Virus record (IMG/VR): IMGVR_UViG_3300018080_000222 | Span: 1-54,119 of that record | Strand: one strand, 5' to 3' | DNA from: a virus | Taxonomy: Duplodnaviria > Caudoviricetes | Length of the DNA: 54,119 nucleotides | Part shown: one piece after another, positions 36,928 to 46,591 of the stretch | Layout: each line of letters starts with the position of its first letter | How positions within the stretch are numbered: the first letter of the stretch is position 1 | Position numbers and translations under genes: made by a program | The notes under the pieces: model-generated | Seen by the model: the letters and a program-made list of their open reading frames with translations, nothing else | Databases searched by the model: none | What the model was told of the DNA's origin: nothing

Positions 36928-37149
36928 CTATCTCGATCCAAAAAGCAACAGTGCATCAATAACGTTTTGCGAACAACTATCCAGTATGCCACGATAATGA
37001 TTCAATAGTCTTGTTAATACTGTTTCATCCCCCATGGTGCTTCTCATCTTGAGCAAATACCTTAGACCATGTGCCGCTTCTAGTCCTTGTCCAAGGTTAG
37101 TCTCTATCGTCTCGATAATAGACTTGATCTCTGTATCGGAAAGTGCCAT
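36928..37149 (-). CDS. Hypothetical protein
   Basis: Start reassigned to MALSDTE (GAGG RBS). Confidence 0.55.
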   Translation of the reverse strand: MALSDTEIKSIIETIETNLGQGLEAAHGLRYLLKMRSTMGDETVLTRLLNHYRGILDSCSQNVIDALLLFGSR

Positions 37150-37150
37150 T

Positions 37151-37690
37151 TTACCTCGTACTCCTTCTGCCTGTTGCGAATTGATCATAGTACCAAGATA
37201 TTGTATCAGAAGAAGTGCCGGTCGGTAGGCGATATGGTCCGAAGACTGCCTTACCGACACCTCCACCAGACAAAACACCCGCTGCCTCAAGAGACCATTT
37301 AAGTTTCTCATAAGCAGCGCACGGTCCTAACTCCAGTATATCCCGATACCCACGAAAACTAACGCTGGTATCGATCATACTATCTCCATCCCTAACCTTG
37401 ATTCCCTGGCCAAGAGCCTTCTTGAATTCACCCTGGTTCAGAATACACGCAGCCTTCAACGGAATCATCGCCATGAAAACTTGGTCTTCAGAAGTAACTG
37501 GATCAGGAGAAATAGTCAAGTCTTCTATATCATAGGTGTATGTGTAATCAAATGCTACCTCAGCATCGACCATTATACCAGCCGTAATTAGCACCCTCTG
37601 GATGTAGGCATCAGTATATGTCTGTGGGGTATCTATATCGCTCACGAGGACACGAACCATCAAAACCAAATCTGTTGACCAGGCCATCAT
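37151..37690 (-). CDS. Putative head-tail adaptor
   Basis: VRVLVSD....YTD..I helical adaptor-like N-terminus; position. Confidence 0.6.
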   Translation of the reverse strand: MMAWSTDLVLMVRVLVSDIDTPQTYTDAYIQRVLITAGIMVDAEVAFDYTYTYDIEDLTISPDPVTSEDQVFMAMIPLKAACILNQGEFKKALGQGIKVRDGDSMIDTSVSFRGYRDILELGPCAAYEKLKWSLEAAGVLSGGGVGKAVFGPYRLPTGTSSDTISWYYDQFATGRRSTR

Positions 37691-37699
37691 ACCCTCCCA

Positions 37700-38050
37700 T
37701 TAATTCTGAACAATATATGAAGACTTGTCATTAAGGGATGGCATTATACCATCCTTGCCCTCATTAGTGATCAGGATAAAGTCACCATCGTCCGTAGCAC
37801 CAGCCAATGACTCCATCCTGTAGGAATATTGTGCTCGGCTAGTAGTTGTTACGGGTAGGTTGGCAGTAGACCAGCTAAACTTACCGGTCGTGTCGATTTC
37901 AGTGCAGCCACTAGACGTCAAAACCTGCTCAACGCCACTTTGCCATACGGTTATCGTTACCGTAGCACCTGCTGCTAGTTCTCCTACAATTACTGGAGGA
38001 TCATCGACAGAATAGTGGTAGGTTCTGATTAATGATCCAGTACTTGCCAT
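37700..38050 (-). CDS. Small virion protein, paralog of C-terminal domain of 38062..41211
   Basis: ATVTITVW..SSGC.EI..TG.FSWST.NLPV....R.QY.YRM. Confidence 0.65.
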   Translation of the reverse strand: MASTGSLIRTYHYSVDDPPVIVGELAAGATVTITVWQSGVEQVLTSSGCTEIDTTGKFSWSTANLPVTTTSRAQYSYRMESLAGATDDGDFILITNEGKDGIMPSLNDKSSYIVQN

Positions 38051-38061
38051 GTTACTCTCCT

Positions 38062-41000
38062 TTACAGTAGGTATTCACTCTGTGACCCAGGATGGAACCA
38101 TCTTATACTTTCTGGTACATCAATCTTGAACTCGCCATCAGAAACACCACCGGTATTGCCAACCATACGGTAGAAGAACTGTTGACGATCAGTATTCATC
38201 ACTGGCAGGTAAGATGTTGACCAGCCCCATCTTCCAGTACTGCCGATCGCATAACATCCACTTGAGCCCAGTGACAATTCGGTATTAACCCCTCCGGTAA
38301 TGTTCCATATCTGGATAGTCACCGTTGCTGGACTACCGCTTACGCTTCCAACTAACTGTGGCGTATAATCAGCAGTCTTGATAAACTCTTCGGCAGACCT
38401 ACCCTGATATGTCCAGGCAACAGTCGTATCTCCGAAAATATACAGGGGTATATCTGCGTATTCTCTTTGTCCTGCTATGTATAGGTTGCCAGAAGCTGTA
38501 ATCAATTCGTGTCCTGGCACGACTAGGTTAACAATATCATTATTATATACACCAAGCTCTATGCCATCTGGATATTGGAGTCCAGCAGTTATGATGTCCT
38601 GAAGATTCGAACCGTCTAGATCGCATCTCTGCAATTTATCGGTCCCAAGATCAACGAAAAAGATATGTCCGTTAACCAAGTCGAGCGTTAGGCCGTGTGG
38701 GGTCTGGAGGGTGCCAGACGCAATAAGGGTCTCAATGCTGGTACCGTCCATGTTGGCCCGTTTGATAGTATCGTTACCAAAGTCTGTCCAGTACATCTTG
38801 CGATTAGGTAGGTCTAACTCCAGTCCTACCGGCAGGTCTAAGTCGGTATTAATGATTTCGACAAGATTTGAACCGTCTAGGTTGGCTCGATAAATAGCGT
38901 CATATATATTATCCACAAAATACATATGGCCACTAGCGACATCGAGACAAATACCCTGTACCCCACTTATGCCGGTCGTTATTAAGTCTGTTACTTCGGT
39001 ACCATCGTATTTTGATCTCTGCACCTTGTGGGCAGCAGCGTCAGTCCAGTAGAGTAACTCATTATCTGCATCAAATGCGATCCCACAGGGATTATCCAGT
39101 CCTGTGACAACTGTTTCAAGATTACCTCCGTCTAGATCGCATCTTTGAATTATGTCAGTATTGCTGTCAAGCCAATATACCTTCCCGTTAATCTCGTCAA
39201 CAGTCAAGTCTCTAGGTTCTGGAACACTACCGACCAAAATCTCGATATCCGAACCATCAAGGTTACATCTACGGATATTCTCGGTGTCTCTGTCTGAGAA
39301 GTACAACTTGCGGGTCTCACCGTCGTAGACATAGCAACCTTCAATAAAGCAATCCATACTACCAGGTGTTGGTCCCTGCCCTGCCGTATAAAGGTTACAT
39401 GTACCAGTCAAAGAAGCTGCCCAGTACGACGTATAGTTGGGCATGACATCATCGTATGTATCTTTCAAATCGTATAGGTTTCCGAGTTCTACGGCGGTAA
39501 GTTGACTAAAGCCGCTTCCACCCCAAACGATTACTTCGTCAATCCAGCTATCATAGTTATCGGTTCCAGATGCCATGATTGACGGAGCACTTCCACTACT
39601 GCTCAATACCGAAGCTGTGCCAGTATTTTGGGTACCCTGGTCAACCCACCCTGAACCATTAACAGATGTAGATAGTGTCCAATTAGTCCCTCCGGTATTC
39701 GCAAAATCGAATACGACAAAATGCTGCGAACCATCATTAACCGAAGTCATCAGATCAGAAATGCCAGAATCGTTCCATGTGGCATCACCGTCACCAAACA
39801 CAATGCTGCCACTGGTAACACCAATATTATAACCAGCATCGATGTACCACTCAGATGCTAAGACGGTTGGTTTCTGAGTCCAGAAAGCCAGGGTCAACCT
39901 ATCTGCATCCTCCAAAGAAGGATATACTCCTTGATCTGATGCGTAAATATGCGCAACACCACTAGTTAATAACACCTGTAAGTCGCCACGATCTTCCGTG
40001 ATATCATTGTCGTAAATTACGAAGCTAGTATTGCTCAGCGGTATAACTTGAATTTCGGTACCTTCGTCAGTTTCGTATGCCTCACTGACTATACCAGATG
40101 TTGCCGTTAGTCTTACTATCTGTGTCTGGATACCAAATGTGTTCTTACAAGTACTGACAATAAGGTTATTGCTGTTGAGAACATTCATGTCGCGGCGATC
40201 TGAATGCAAAACCTCAATCCCGCTAGCCGGGACACCACTGGTGGTTCCTCCAGTCAGGTAGAATTGGAATATTCTATCATTCTCATCGGAGATTTTCGAA
40301 TACATCGCGAGACGATTTGCCTCTACTCGCCTAACTATCGGTACTTCGACTAACGTACCCTCGCGAACGCTACCACTTGTGCCCATCGTAACGGTCAGGC
40401 CACTGAGACTACCTTGGATATAGCGACCAATTTCATCTGCGGCTGGTGCCTTTGGCGTGAAGAATGCTAGAAAATCATCGGAGTTAAACGATCCAACGGC
40501 CAGATATCTACTGTGATCAAGATCATCTATTACCACCGCAGAACCACTATCAACAGTAGTACCGCTAACAGCTAGCGCTCTCATGTAGCATTTGTTGTCA
40601 GTATTGCTTTTATTGGTAAGGGCATATATGCCCGAAGATGTCCCACTGACATATGGGGTCATCTCACACATAGTCATCTCGTATACAAAATTGCCATCGA
40701 ATTCTGTGGTCGATCCTTCGCTGATGGTAGTGCCATCAACATTTAGTACAGCCACATGTCCCTTATTGGGATCAGCACCACGGGTAACAATAAAACTATC
40801 ATCGGTGACCCTTTGTACGGCGACAGCATTGGAATATGTGGTATAGCTCTTACCGGCAATAACGGTATACTCATCCCCGGAGGTAGCCACATTATCCGTA
40901 AACTCTATGACTTTGGCAAAAAGGTCTTTGTTAAACCCAGTCTCTTTGATATAGACGCAAACATGTTTAGTGTCGGTTAGTTTGGTTGACCACAGGGCTG

Positions 41001-41211
41001 GAGTACCAGTTCCACTAGGCCCCATATAGGTTTGGGTCGGCAATGCCGTCAAATCATTGCCCTGATCTGGTGCGAAGCCCACGGGGTCGCCAGACGGCAA
41101 AACACCAGATACAAAAAGTCCGGAACCTGCCCAGATTTGACTTTGGGTATTCTCGGTGTTGTCGTCTACGGGATGATAGAAGTTAACTTCATTGGTTCTT
41201 AGGAATGCCAT
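38062..41211 (-). CDS. Virion/adhesin protein: split LamG-like domain plus LDL-receptor class B (YWTD) propeller
   Basis: LYFSD, VYWLD, LYWTD, MYFVD, MYWTD, IFFVD, each followed by an R-x-x-x-DG motif. Confidence 0.8.
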   Translation of the reverse strand: MAFLRTNEVNFYHPVDDNTENTQSQIWAGSGLFVSGVLPSGDPVGFAPDQGNDLTALPTQTYMGPSGTGTPALWSTKLTDTKHVCVYIKETGFNKDLFAKVIEFTDNVATSGDEYTVIAGKSYTTYSNAVAVQRVTDDSFIVTRGADPNKGHVAVLNVDGTTISEGSTTEFDGNFVYEMTMCEMTPYVSGTSSGIYALTNKSNTDNKCYMRALAVSGTTVDSGSAVVIDDLDHSRYLAVGSFNSDDFLAFFTPKAPAADEIGRYIQGSLSGLTVTMGTSGSVREGTLVEVPIVRRVEANRLAMYSKISDENDRIFQFYLTGGTTSGVPASGIEVLHSDRRDMNVLNSNNLIVSTCKNTFGIQTQIVRLTATSGIVSEAYETDEGTEIQVIPLSNTSFVIYDNDITEDRGDLQVLLTSGVAHIYASDQGVYPSLEDADRLTLAFWTQKPTVLASEWYIDAGYNIGVTSGSIVFGDGDATWNDSGISDLMTSVNDGSQHFVVFDFANTGGTNWTLSTSVNGSGWVDQGTQNTGTASVLSSSGSAPSIMASGTDNYDSWIDEVIVWGGSGFSQLTAVELGNLYDLKDTYDDVMPNYTSYWAASLTGTCNLYTAGQGPTPGSMDCFIEGCYVYDGETRKLYFSDRDTENIRRCNLDGSDIEILVGSVPEPRDLTVDEINGKVYWLDSNTDIIQRCDLDGGNLETVVTGLDNPCGIAFDADNELLYWTDAAAHKVQRSKYDGTEVTDLITTGISGVQGICLDVASGHMYFVDNIYDAIYRANLDGSNLVEIINTDLDLPVGLELDLPNRKMYWTDFGNDTIKRANMDGTSIETLIASGTLQTPHGLTLDLVNGHIFFVDLGTDKLQRCDLDGSNLQDIITAGLQYPDGIELGVYNNDIVNLVVPGHELITASGNLYIAGQREYADIPLYIFGDTTVAWTYQGRSAEEFIKTADYTPQLVGSVSGSPATVTIQIWNITGGVNTELSLGSSGCYAIGSTGRWGWSTSYLPVMNTDRQQFFYRMVGNTGGVSDGEFKIDVPESIRWFHPGSQSEYLL

Positions 41212-41214
41212 GGG

Positions 41215-41979
41215 TTATGTCGTCCTTTCGCCAACAACAGCCTGGATCGCGTTGATTACCGACGGCGTCATGAAGTGCTGTTGAAACTCTTCTTCACTGT
41301 AGCCGATATCGACAGCAACTGCCTGGGTTCTGGTTGGAAAACTGATAGACTGCAATCTCTTCGTTACCGTAGAAGCATGAACTCCCAGTAGTCTCCCAAC
41401 CTGTGATGCAGATAAACCCAAGTTGTATAGAATTATGAATATAAAATCGGGGAAAACCTTATTGGCGGCAGACCTGCTTCGGAATTGTACGCCCATTTTC
41501 TTGAGCTTGTTATAAATTGTCGTCTCACTGCAAAGGGCCATTTGAGCAATTTCCGCACAACTCTTGCGTTCTTGCTCATAAAAATACTGGATTTGAGCGT
41601 CCGATATATGTATATATCCGCTGTGCCTCATTCTGTCTTGGGTATTCTCCGCGTTAGTACCATATTGCAAATTTTCTAAACGATTATTGGTTGAATTTCC
41701 GTCTAAATGACGAGTCTCTAGGCGCTCTGGACGTGGACCCACAAATGCCGCTAGAACCAGGTGATGTATTCTGTATGGCTTACTCCTGCCATTTTGGCAA
41801 AGACTAACTGTCTGATAGCGATTAAATCTGTCGGTTCTACTGGGCGAAAGAAGCCTTTCACGACGACAATTATGTCCCGCCAACCTTTTAATTCGTCCAT
41901 GGCTAGAGACTTGATATATGCCTTCGTACTCCGGTATATCTTTCCAAATTTCAGCAGACATTATGCCATTTATCTCCAA
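41215..41979 (-). CDS. NUMOD4-HNH homing endonuclease with C-terminal HTH domains
   Basis: EIWKDIPEYEGIYQVSSHGRIK; IHHLVLAAFVG..RHLDGNSTNNRLENL. Confidence 0.9.
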   Translation of the reverse strand: MEINGIMSAEIWKDIPEYEGIYQVSSHGRIKRLAGHNCRRERLLSPSRTDRFNRYQTVSLCQNGRSKPYRIHHLVLAAFVGPRPERLETRHLDGNSTNNRLENLQYGTNAENTQDRMRHSGYIHISDAQIQYFYEQERKSCAEIAQMALCSETTIYNKLKKMGVQFRSRSAANKVFPDFIFIILYNLGLSASQVGRLLGVHASTVTKRLQSISFPTRTQAVAVDIGYSEEEFQQHFMTPSVINAIQAVVGERTT

Positions 41980-42009
41980 GGAATGAAAGACCTTTCACCA
42001 ATCAATTGA

Positions 42010-42019
42010 TTATACACCA
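42010..42019 (-). promoter_or_regulatory. Class L promoter TGGTGTATAA
   Basis: Exact motif after terminator; shares TGGTGTATAATCAAT with the portal promoter. Confidence 0.7.
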
Positions 42020-42032
42020 GGAGTGGGAAAAG

Positions 42033-42056
42033 AAAAAACCCGCCAGGATGGCGGGC
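42033..42056 (-). terminator. Rho-independent terminator
   Basis: CCCGCCA-TCC-TGGCGGG followed by T6. Confidence 0.8.
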
Positions 42057-42091
42057 AGTGGGATGCTTCGGCAGGAATTATTGTGTCGGTT

Positions 42092-43345
42092 TTACTCTTC
42101 CATAACGTTTCTAATAGTAGCCTCGCTCACTTCATACATCCTAGCCAGTTCAGGAATTGTAACCCCAGCCTTACTCAATTGGATCACCCGATCTTTTTCT
42201 TGTCTCGCCTTGCTTTCAACAGACTTCTTCCTATTGCCGGGCGTTATGTTATTCTCTCGCAGTATCTTATATAAAGTGCTACTGGCAATTCCATACCTGT
42301 TGCATATTGCCCGAGTAGTCTCACCACGAATGTACGCTTCTAGGACACCAGACTTAGTTTCATCAGAAATTTCAAATCTCTCCCTATTATAAAAGCTCGT
42401 ACTCCTCCTGGCTTGACCTATCGCCATGAACCTGGCACGAACAAAGGACAATGACTTACCAAAATGCCTGGAAATTCGCTGGCAGGACCACCCCCGATCA
42501 TGCAGAGCCAATAATTCTTCATCCTTAATCCCATTGTGCATGTGCAGTCTCTTGTGCATATCGGCTGTTACGGTCATTCCATTATTAATGTCCCAGAACT
42601 GTTCAAATGATTGTGCTAGTTCGAACAATTGATCACAGTTATCTATGGGGTTCAAATTCGAATGTTCCTTCAGGAATGCGTTGAAAATCTTAGAAAAACT
42701 AGCAGGATAATGGTGCACTTCCAGCTTCCCGGTCTCTCCAGTAACCCTACACTTATAATCATCTCTCTCCATACACGCCCTTCGCCAAAATTCTGCCCTT
42801 TCACAATGACGAATTCTATCATGCAGTCGAGTGACGCCACCTTTGTATGATTTAATTCTGGCACCCTCATGCTCCGGGGTAATGCCGTTCGCTTTCAGTA
42901 TATTAGCTATCGTACCCTTATGGACCCCGTAGTCTTTTGCGATATCTGCACAGCTTTCGCTTTCGTTGGCCTGGTATCGATCACAAATAGCCTGGTATTC
43001 CGATTCTGGAATTTTGCGGATGGCCTTCGCAGCTTCTGCCTTCCTATCTCTCATCTTGACACCGTTCTTTGATAATCTTTCCCATACTGATGATGCGTTC
43101 ATTCCATGTTTTTCGGCGATCTCGGTAGTAGACATATGAAGGTCTTCATATTCACATCGGATAGTTTCGTCATCTACTTTACTCCTCAAGCCACCAAGAC
43201 CACGTATCTCTACGCCATTATCTCTTAATCGATTGATCAGCGTTTGAACAGCACAGCCGACAATCTTCGCAACTTCTGTACTTGATTTACCTTCATCCCG
43301 ATACAGTCTTGTCGCCAATTCGACATCTATTTGTTTCTTCGCCAT
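42092..43345 (-). CDS. HNH-like endonuclease flanked by about six HTH repeats
   Basis: ERDDYKCRVTG...LEVHH...NNGMTV...HKRLH; repeated S..EIA..[YH]G.....I...L. Confidence 0.7.
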   Translation of the reverse strand: MAKKQIDVELATRLYRDEGKSSTEVAKIVGCAVQTLINRLRDNGVEIRGLGGLRSKVDDETIRCEYEDLHMSTTEIAEKHGMNASSVWERLSKNGVKMRDRKAEAAKAIRKIPESEYQAICDRYQANESESCADIAKDYGVHKGTIANILKANGITPEHEGARIKSYKGGVTRLHDRIRHCERAEFWRRACMERDDYKCRVTGETGKLEVHHYPASFSKIFNAFLKEHSNLNPIDNCDQLFELAQSFEQFWDINNGMTVTADMHKRLHMHNGIKDEELLALHDRGWSCQRISRHFGKSLSFVRARFMAIGQARRSTSFYNRERFEISDETKSGVLEAYIRGETTRAICNRYGIASSTLYKILRENNITPGNRKKSVESKARQEKDRVIQLSKAGVTIPELARMYEVSEATIRNVMEE

Positions 43346-43366
43346 AACTCAATCTCCTTCTACATC

Positions 43367-43394
43367 GTTATACGTCGAAACGACTGTTCTGTTC
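43367..43394 (-). promoter_or_regulatory. Class M promoter GAACA-N15-CGTATAAC
   Basis: Motif copy after the capsid terminator. Confidence 0.7.
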
Positions 43395-43423
43395 GTGGAA
43401 AAAAATATTTTCTTAGTCCAAAT

Positions 43424-43452
43424 AAAAAAGGGGCTGACAAATTGCCAGCCCC
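43424..43452 (-). terminator. Rho-independent terminator after major capsid gene
   Basis: GGGGCTGGCAA-T-TTGTCAGCCCC followed by T6. Confidence 0.85.
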
Positions 43453-43473
43453 ATATTTGCTGTTAGAAACAGC

Positions 43474-44508
43474 CTAAAACGATCCTAAGAGGACCCTGCG
43501 ACCATCTAACGCCGCAAAACCATGCTCCTGCCACCCGTAAAATCCGGCCTTCTGACGTCTGTGCAGCATGTCGTCCTCGAAGATCGAGAGCGGACGCTTG
43601 ACAGGCATGACGAAGGAATCACCGTGTGAAAGGTCGAGACCGATCACGATTTCCTCATCACTCGTACCCATACTTGCACCTAGAGTTGCGAAGTATGTCT
43701 GGAATTCCTGACCCACTCCCAGTTCGTCCAGTGGATGCAGGTTAACCCCATAGATACGGGCCATAGGACCACCATCATCACCAGCCGTAAAGATTTCCCG
43801 ACGAGTCAGGTCATCTACCTCATCAGCATCCCACTCGCGAATGTCTTCGAGAGCTTCAGGACTGATATAGAGGTCGGTCAAGCGACCACGGTTCGGAGTG
43901 GCACTGTTGCCACCAGCAAGACGAGTCATTGTGGTCTTCATCAAGGAGACAAGACGCTTGGTGAATTGACCAGCAGTAGCTGCACTATCATAAACCATAG
44001 GAGCACCACTGTTGTAGTCAGTCCGACCAGCACCGGCAGCAATGATTACTCTCCAGCCATCGGTGTTCATCTTCTTAACAAAACCAGCCTCAAGAACCTC
44101 CATAGCACGTGCAACGATGTTCCAACGCGCAGACGTGGCATACTTCAGTGGCCAGTCAATCGCATTACCGACATCGTATGTGCTGACGGTTACAGCATCC
44201 CCGACGACTGCACGCAATGGTAGAGCGCCTTCGCTAGGTAGCATGTAAGCGACAAAGTCATTCTCATCGGCAGTCTGATAGAAATCCAATGGATACTCAG
44301 CAACTGCACTCGGGTCCAAGACTTCCGGCGTATAAATCCCACCAAGAATGTCGCCATTCAGGAGTGCCGAACGCAGAGGAACCTGTAGCGCGACAGCGAG
44401 AGAATGCATGGCCTCAAGTGCCTCGGCCTTATTCTCAGAACCTGTTCGCTTAAGAAGCGCAATTTGATCTTCAGTTGGTCTTACAATTTTCCTACTCATT
44501 CTTTTCAC
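43474..44508 (-). CDS. Major capsid protein (HK97-like fold)
   Basis: 344 aa after scaffold and decoration genes; LYISPE..EDI; C-terminal GFYGWQEHGFAALD; strong terminator. Confidence 0.8.
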   Translation of the reverse strand: MKRMSRKIVRPTEDQIALLKRTGSENKAEALEAMHSLAVALQVPLRSALLNGDILGGIYTPEVLDPSAVAEYPLDFYQTADENDFVAYMLPSEGALPLRAVVGDAVTVSTYDVGNAIDWPLKYATSARWNIVARAMEVLEAGFVKKMNTDGWRVIIAAGAGRTDYNSGAPMVYDSAATAGQFTKRLVSLMKTTMTRLAGGNSATPNRGRLTDLYISPEALEDIREWDADEVDDLTRREIFTAGDDGGPMARIYGVNLHPLDELGVGQEFQTYFATLGASMGTSDEEIVIGLDLSHGDSFVMPVKRPLSIFEDDMLHRRQKAGFYGWQEHGFAALDGRRVLLGSF

Positions 44509-44513
44509 CCCCT

Positions 44514-45005
44514 TTATGCTAGTTTGGACGGGATTGACAGACGGACCTTACAGAATCCATTTGCATCCTCAGTTGACTCAAATCTACCCACACTGGGTGC
44601 TCCACCAGCAGATGATGTAGCAAACAGTCCACTTGCACCGAGATAAGCGATACCACCAGCAGTTGGCGTGCCGCTAATCATGTCGGTTACAACAAAGCCA
44701 TCCGTAATGAGAGTACACTTGTCGCCAGGACGAATCTCATTCTTCTCAAGATTCGGAAAATCTCTGGTGGTACTCATTTCTGGAGCCACACTCTGGATCA
44801 AAACACCGATCACATGCAGAGCACCGGCAGCAGTAGCGTAAGTCACCGTGTTTGGATCGTCGGTACTATTTGTACCCATTGCGATACCAGAGCCTACGCC
44901 AGACGCTACGGCAAGACCACCTGGTGCAGCAGTCGTTGGAGTAGCTGCCCAGAAGAAAGAAATATCTGTGGTCTCGTTATAATCGCGATCACCCTTCATT
45001 GCCAT
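44514..45005 (-). CDS. Capsid decoration/cement protein
   Basis: 163 aa between scaffold and capsid; G.VVTD.ISGTPTAG..AYL...G. Confidence 0.65.
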   Translation of the reverse strand: MAMKGDRDYNETTDISFFWAATPTTAAPGGLAVASGVGSGIAMGTNSTDDPNTVTYATAAGALHVIGVLIQSVAPEMSTTRDFPNLEKNEIRPGDKCTLITDGFVVTDMISGTPTAGGIAYLGASGLFATSSAGGAPSVGRFESTEDANGFCKVRLSIPSKLA

Positions 45006-45008
45006 AAC

Positions 45009-46523
45009 CTATTCACCCCCTTCGTCTGTTTCGTTTTTCTTGCCGCACAAAGCGTGCGCCATACCAACCCACTGGCCAGCCTCTGACTTCTCAACATCTT
45101 CCGATGCATTAAATTCAGGACCACCATCTTCGTCCACATTATCCAGAGCAGCTTCGGCTGCTTCTGCCTCATCATCCTCAGTCGTCTGCTCTGCCTTCTC
45201 AGCTTGGTCACTTTCGGTAGCTTCTGTCTTATCTTCAACTACCTCTTTCTCGACCTTAGCCTCTCCAGCAAACTTCATAACAGACTCAAATTCTGAGTCT
45301 TCCATGTCTCGTAGTGCAGCTAGTGTTGCGTCTTCGTCTTCAATAGACCTTACTGCCGCCAACTTAGCTAGTCGTTCCCGAGCCACTTCGGTCTTCCGGA
45401 TTTCACTCAATTCAGCTTCACTTGTTTCAGCACGCTTCACCGCTTCGTCGAGCTTCGTCTGAAGTTCCACCTTCTCAGCCTCTACAGCCTCGATTTTCTC
45501 AGACGTCTCTGTGACATTAGCAGTCAATGTCGCAACCTGACCGTCATAGTCCTTCTCTTCAAAATCCTGAACGGTCTTCTTCAACTCCGCTACTTCCTGC
45601 TCCTTCTCATTGAGTTTTGCCGTTACCTCATCCAGCTTTGCCTGAAGTTCCTCCATTTGTTTTTCATCCACGTCTTCTACACCTCCTTCCAATAGGTCTT
45701 TGAGTTCAGCAGTCACGAAAACCTGAGAAGCAGCCTTGCGATTAGCTGCCACCCTTATCACAGATTCTGGATTAGCAGGCGTATCAACGAACCCCTGCGC
45801 ACCAAAAACAAAATCCTTTAATACTCTACCAACCCTATACTCTTGGTACTGGCCAGTCCCGCCATAAGCTCTTAGGTGCTTGGTGAGAAAGGCCGTATTC
45901 TCATTCCTGGAAATAAGCTTGGTCTCTCCGGTCGCCGAATCGATCAACCCATAATCAAAATCAGGGAACCATGCCTCCATAGAAACAAAAATATCCCCAG
46001 CCTGAGCCTTCTCTATAATTTCGTTGATCCTATCTCTGAGGTCGGGGAACTGTCTATACAGAACACCAGCAACCTCAAGATCAAAGTCGGCAGGGAGGTC
46101 ATCGCCCTCTCCAATACTTATCTCGTCGCCAGACTTATCGATAGCCTTACTCTGAACGATGTGGCCCAAAATCTTGGTTGCATCATGCTGATCATTCATC
46201 GGCTTGTGAACTGGGGACGACCGAGCTTTCCACACTTCTGCCGGAACAAAGACATCGTCGTTTAAATTCCAGCCGGTACTCACTAGGATAGAAACAACTA
46301 GCGCCAGATCGAACTGCTCTTTGCCAAGAAGTTCCTCGACACTCTGAACAGACGCTGCGGCATTCTTGATCAGATCGGCTACGGACATATCCTTGAAATA
46401 CTGCTCTACGTCTCCAAGTTGTACTTGTGCCGTAACAAAAGCGGAAGAACGACCGTCTTCGCCCGATTTGTGGTCTATCCCAGCATCCTTTTCAGCTTGG
46501 TAAGTTCGCACAAAACCCTCCAA
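45009..46523 (-). CDS. Prohead protease/scaffold protein
   Basis: N-terminal N.NDDVF..KPMN.QH...ILGH..VSMEAWF..G.V..PANP.S domain plus acidic coiled-coil C-terminus. Confidence 0.75.
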   Translation of the reverse strand: MEGFVRTYQAEKDAGIDHKSGEDGRSSAFVTAQVQLGDVEQYFKDMSVADLIKNAAASVQSVEELLGKEQFDLALVVSILVSTGWNLNDDVFVPAEVWKARSSPVHKPMNDQHDATKILGHIVQSKAIDKSGDEISIGEGDDLPADFDLEVAGVLYRQFPDLRDRINEIIEKAQAGDIFVSMEAWFPDFDYGLIDSATGETKLISRNENTAFLTKHLRAYGGTGQYQEYRVGRVLKDFVFGAQGFVDTPANPESVIRVAANRKAASQVFVTAELKDLLEGGVEDVDEKQMEELQAKLDEVTAKLNEKEQEVAELKKTVQDFEEKDYDGQVATLTANVTETSEKIEAVEAEKVELQTKLDEAVKRAETSEAELSEIRKTEVARERLAKLAAVRSIEDEDATLAALRDMEDSEFESVMKFAGEAKVEKEVVEDKTEATESDQAEKAEQTTEDDEAEAAEAALDNVDEDGGPEFNASEDVEKSEAGQWVGMAHALCGKKNETDEGGE

Positions 46524-46532
46524 TCATTTGTT

Positions 46533-46542
46533 TTATACACAA
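46533..46542 (-). promoter_or_regulatory. Class L promoter variant TTGTGTATAA
   Basis: One mismatch to consensus, directly upstream of protease/scaffold. Confidence 0.5.
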
Positions 46543-46591
46543 TAATTAAAAGAGAAAATGATAAAATGATGACTTTTCACCACTATGTCGG

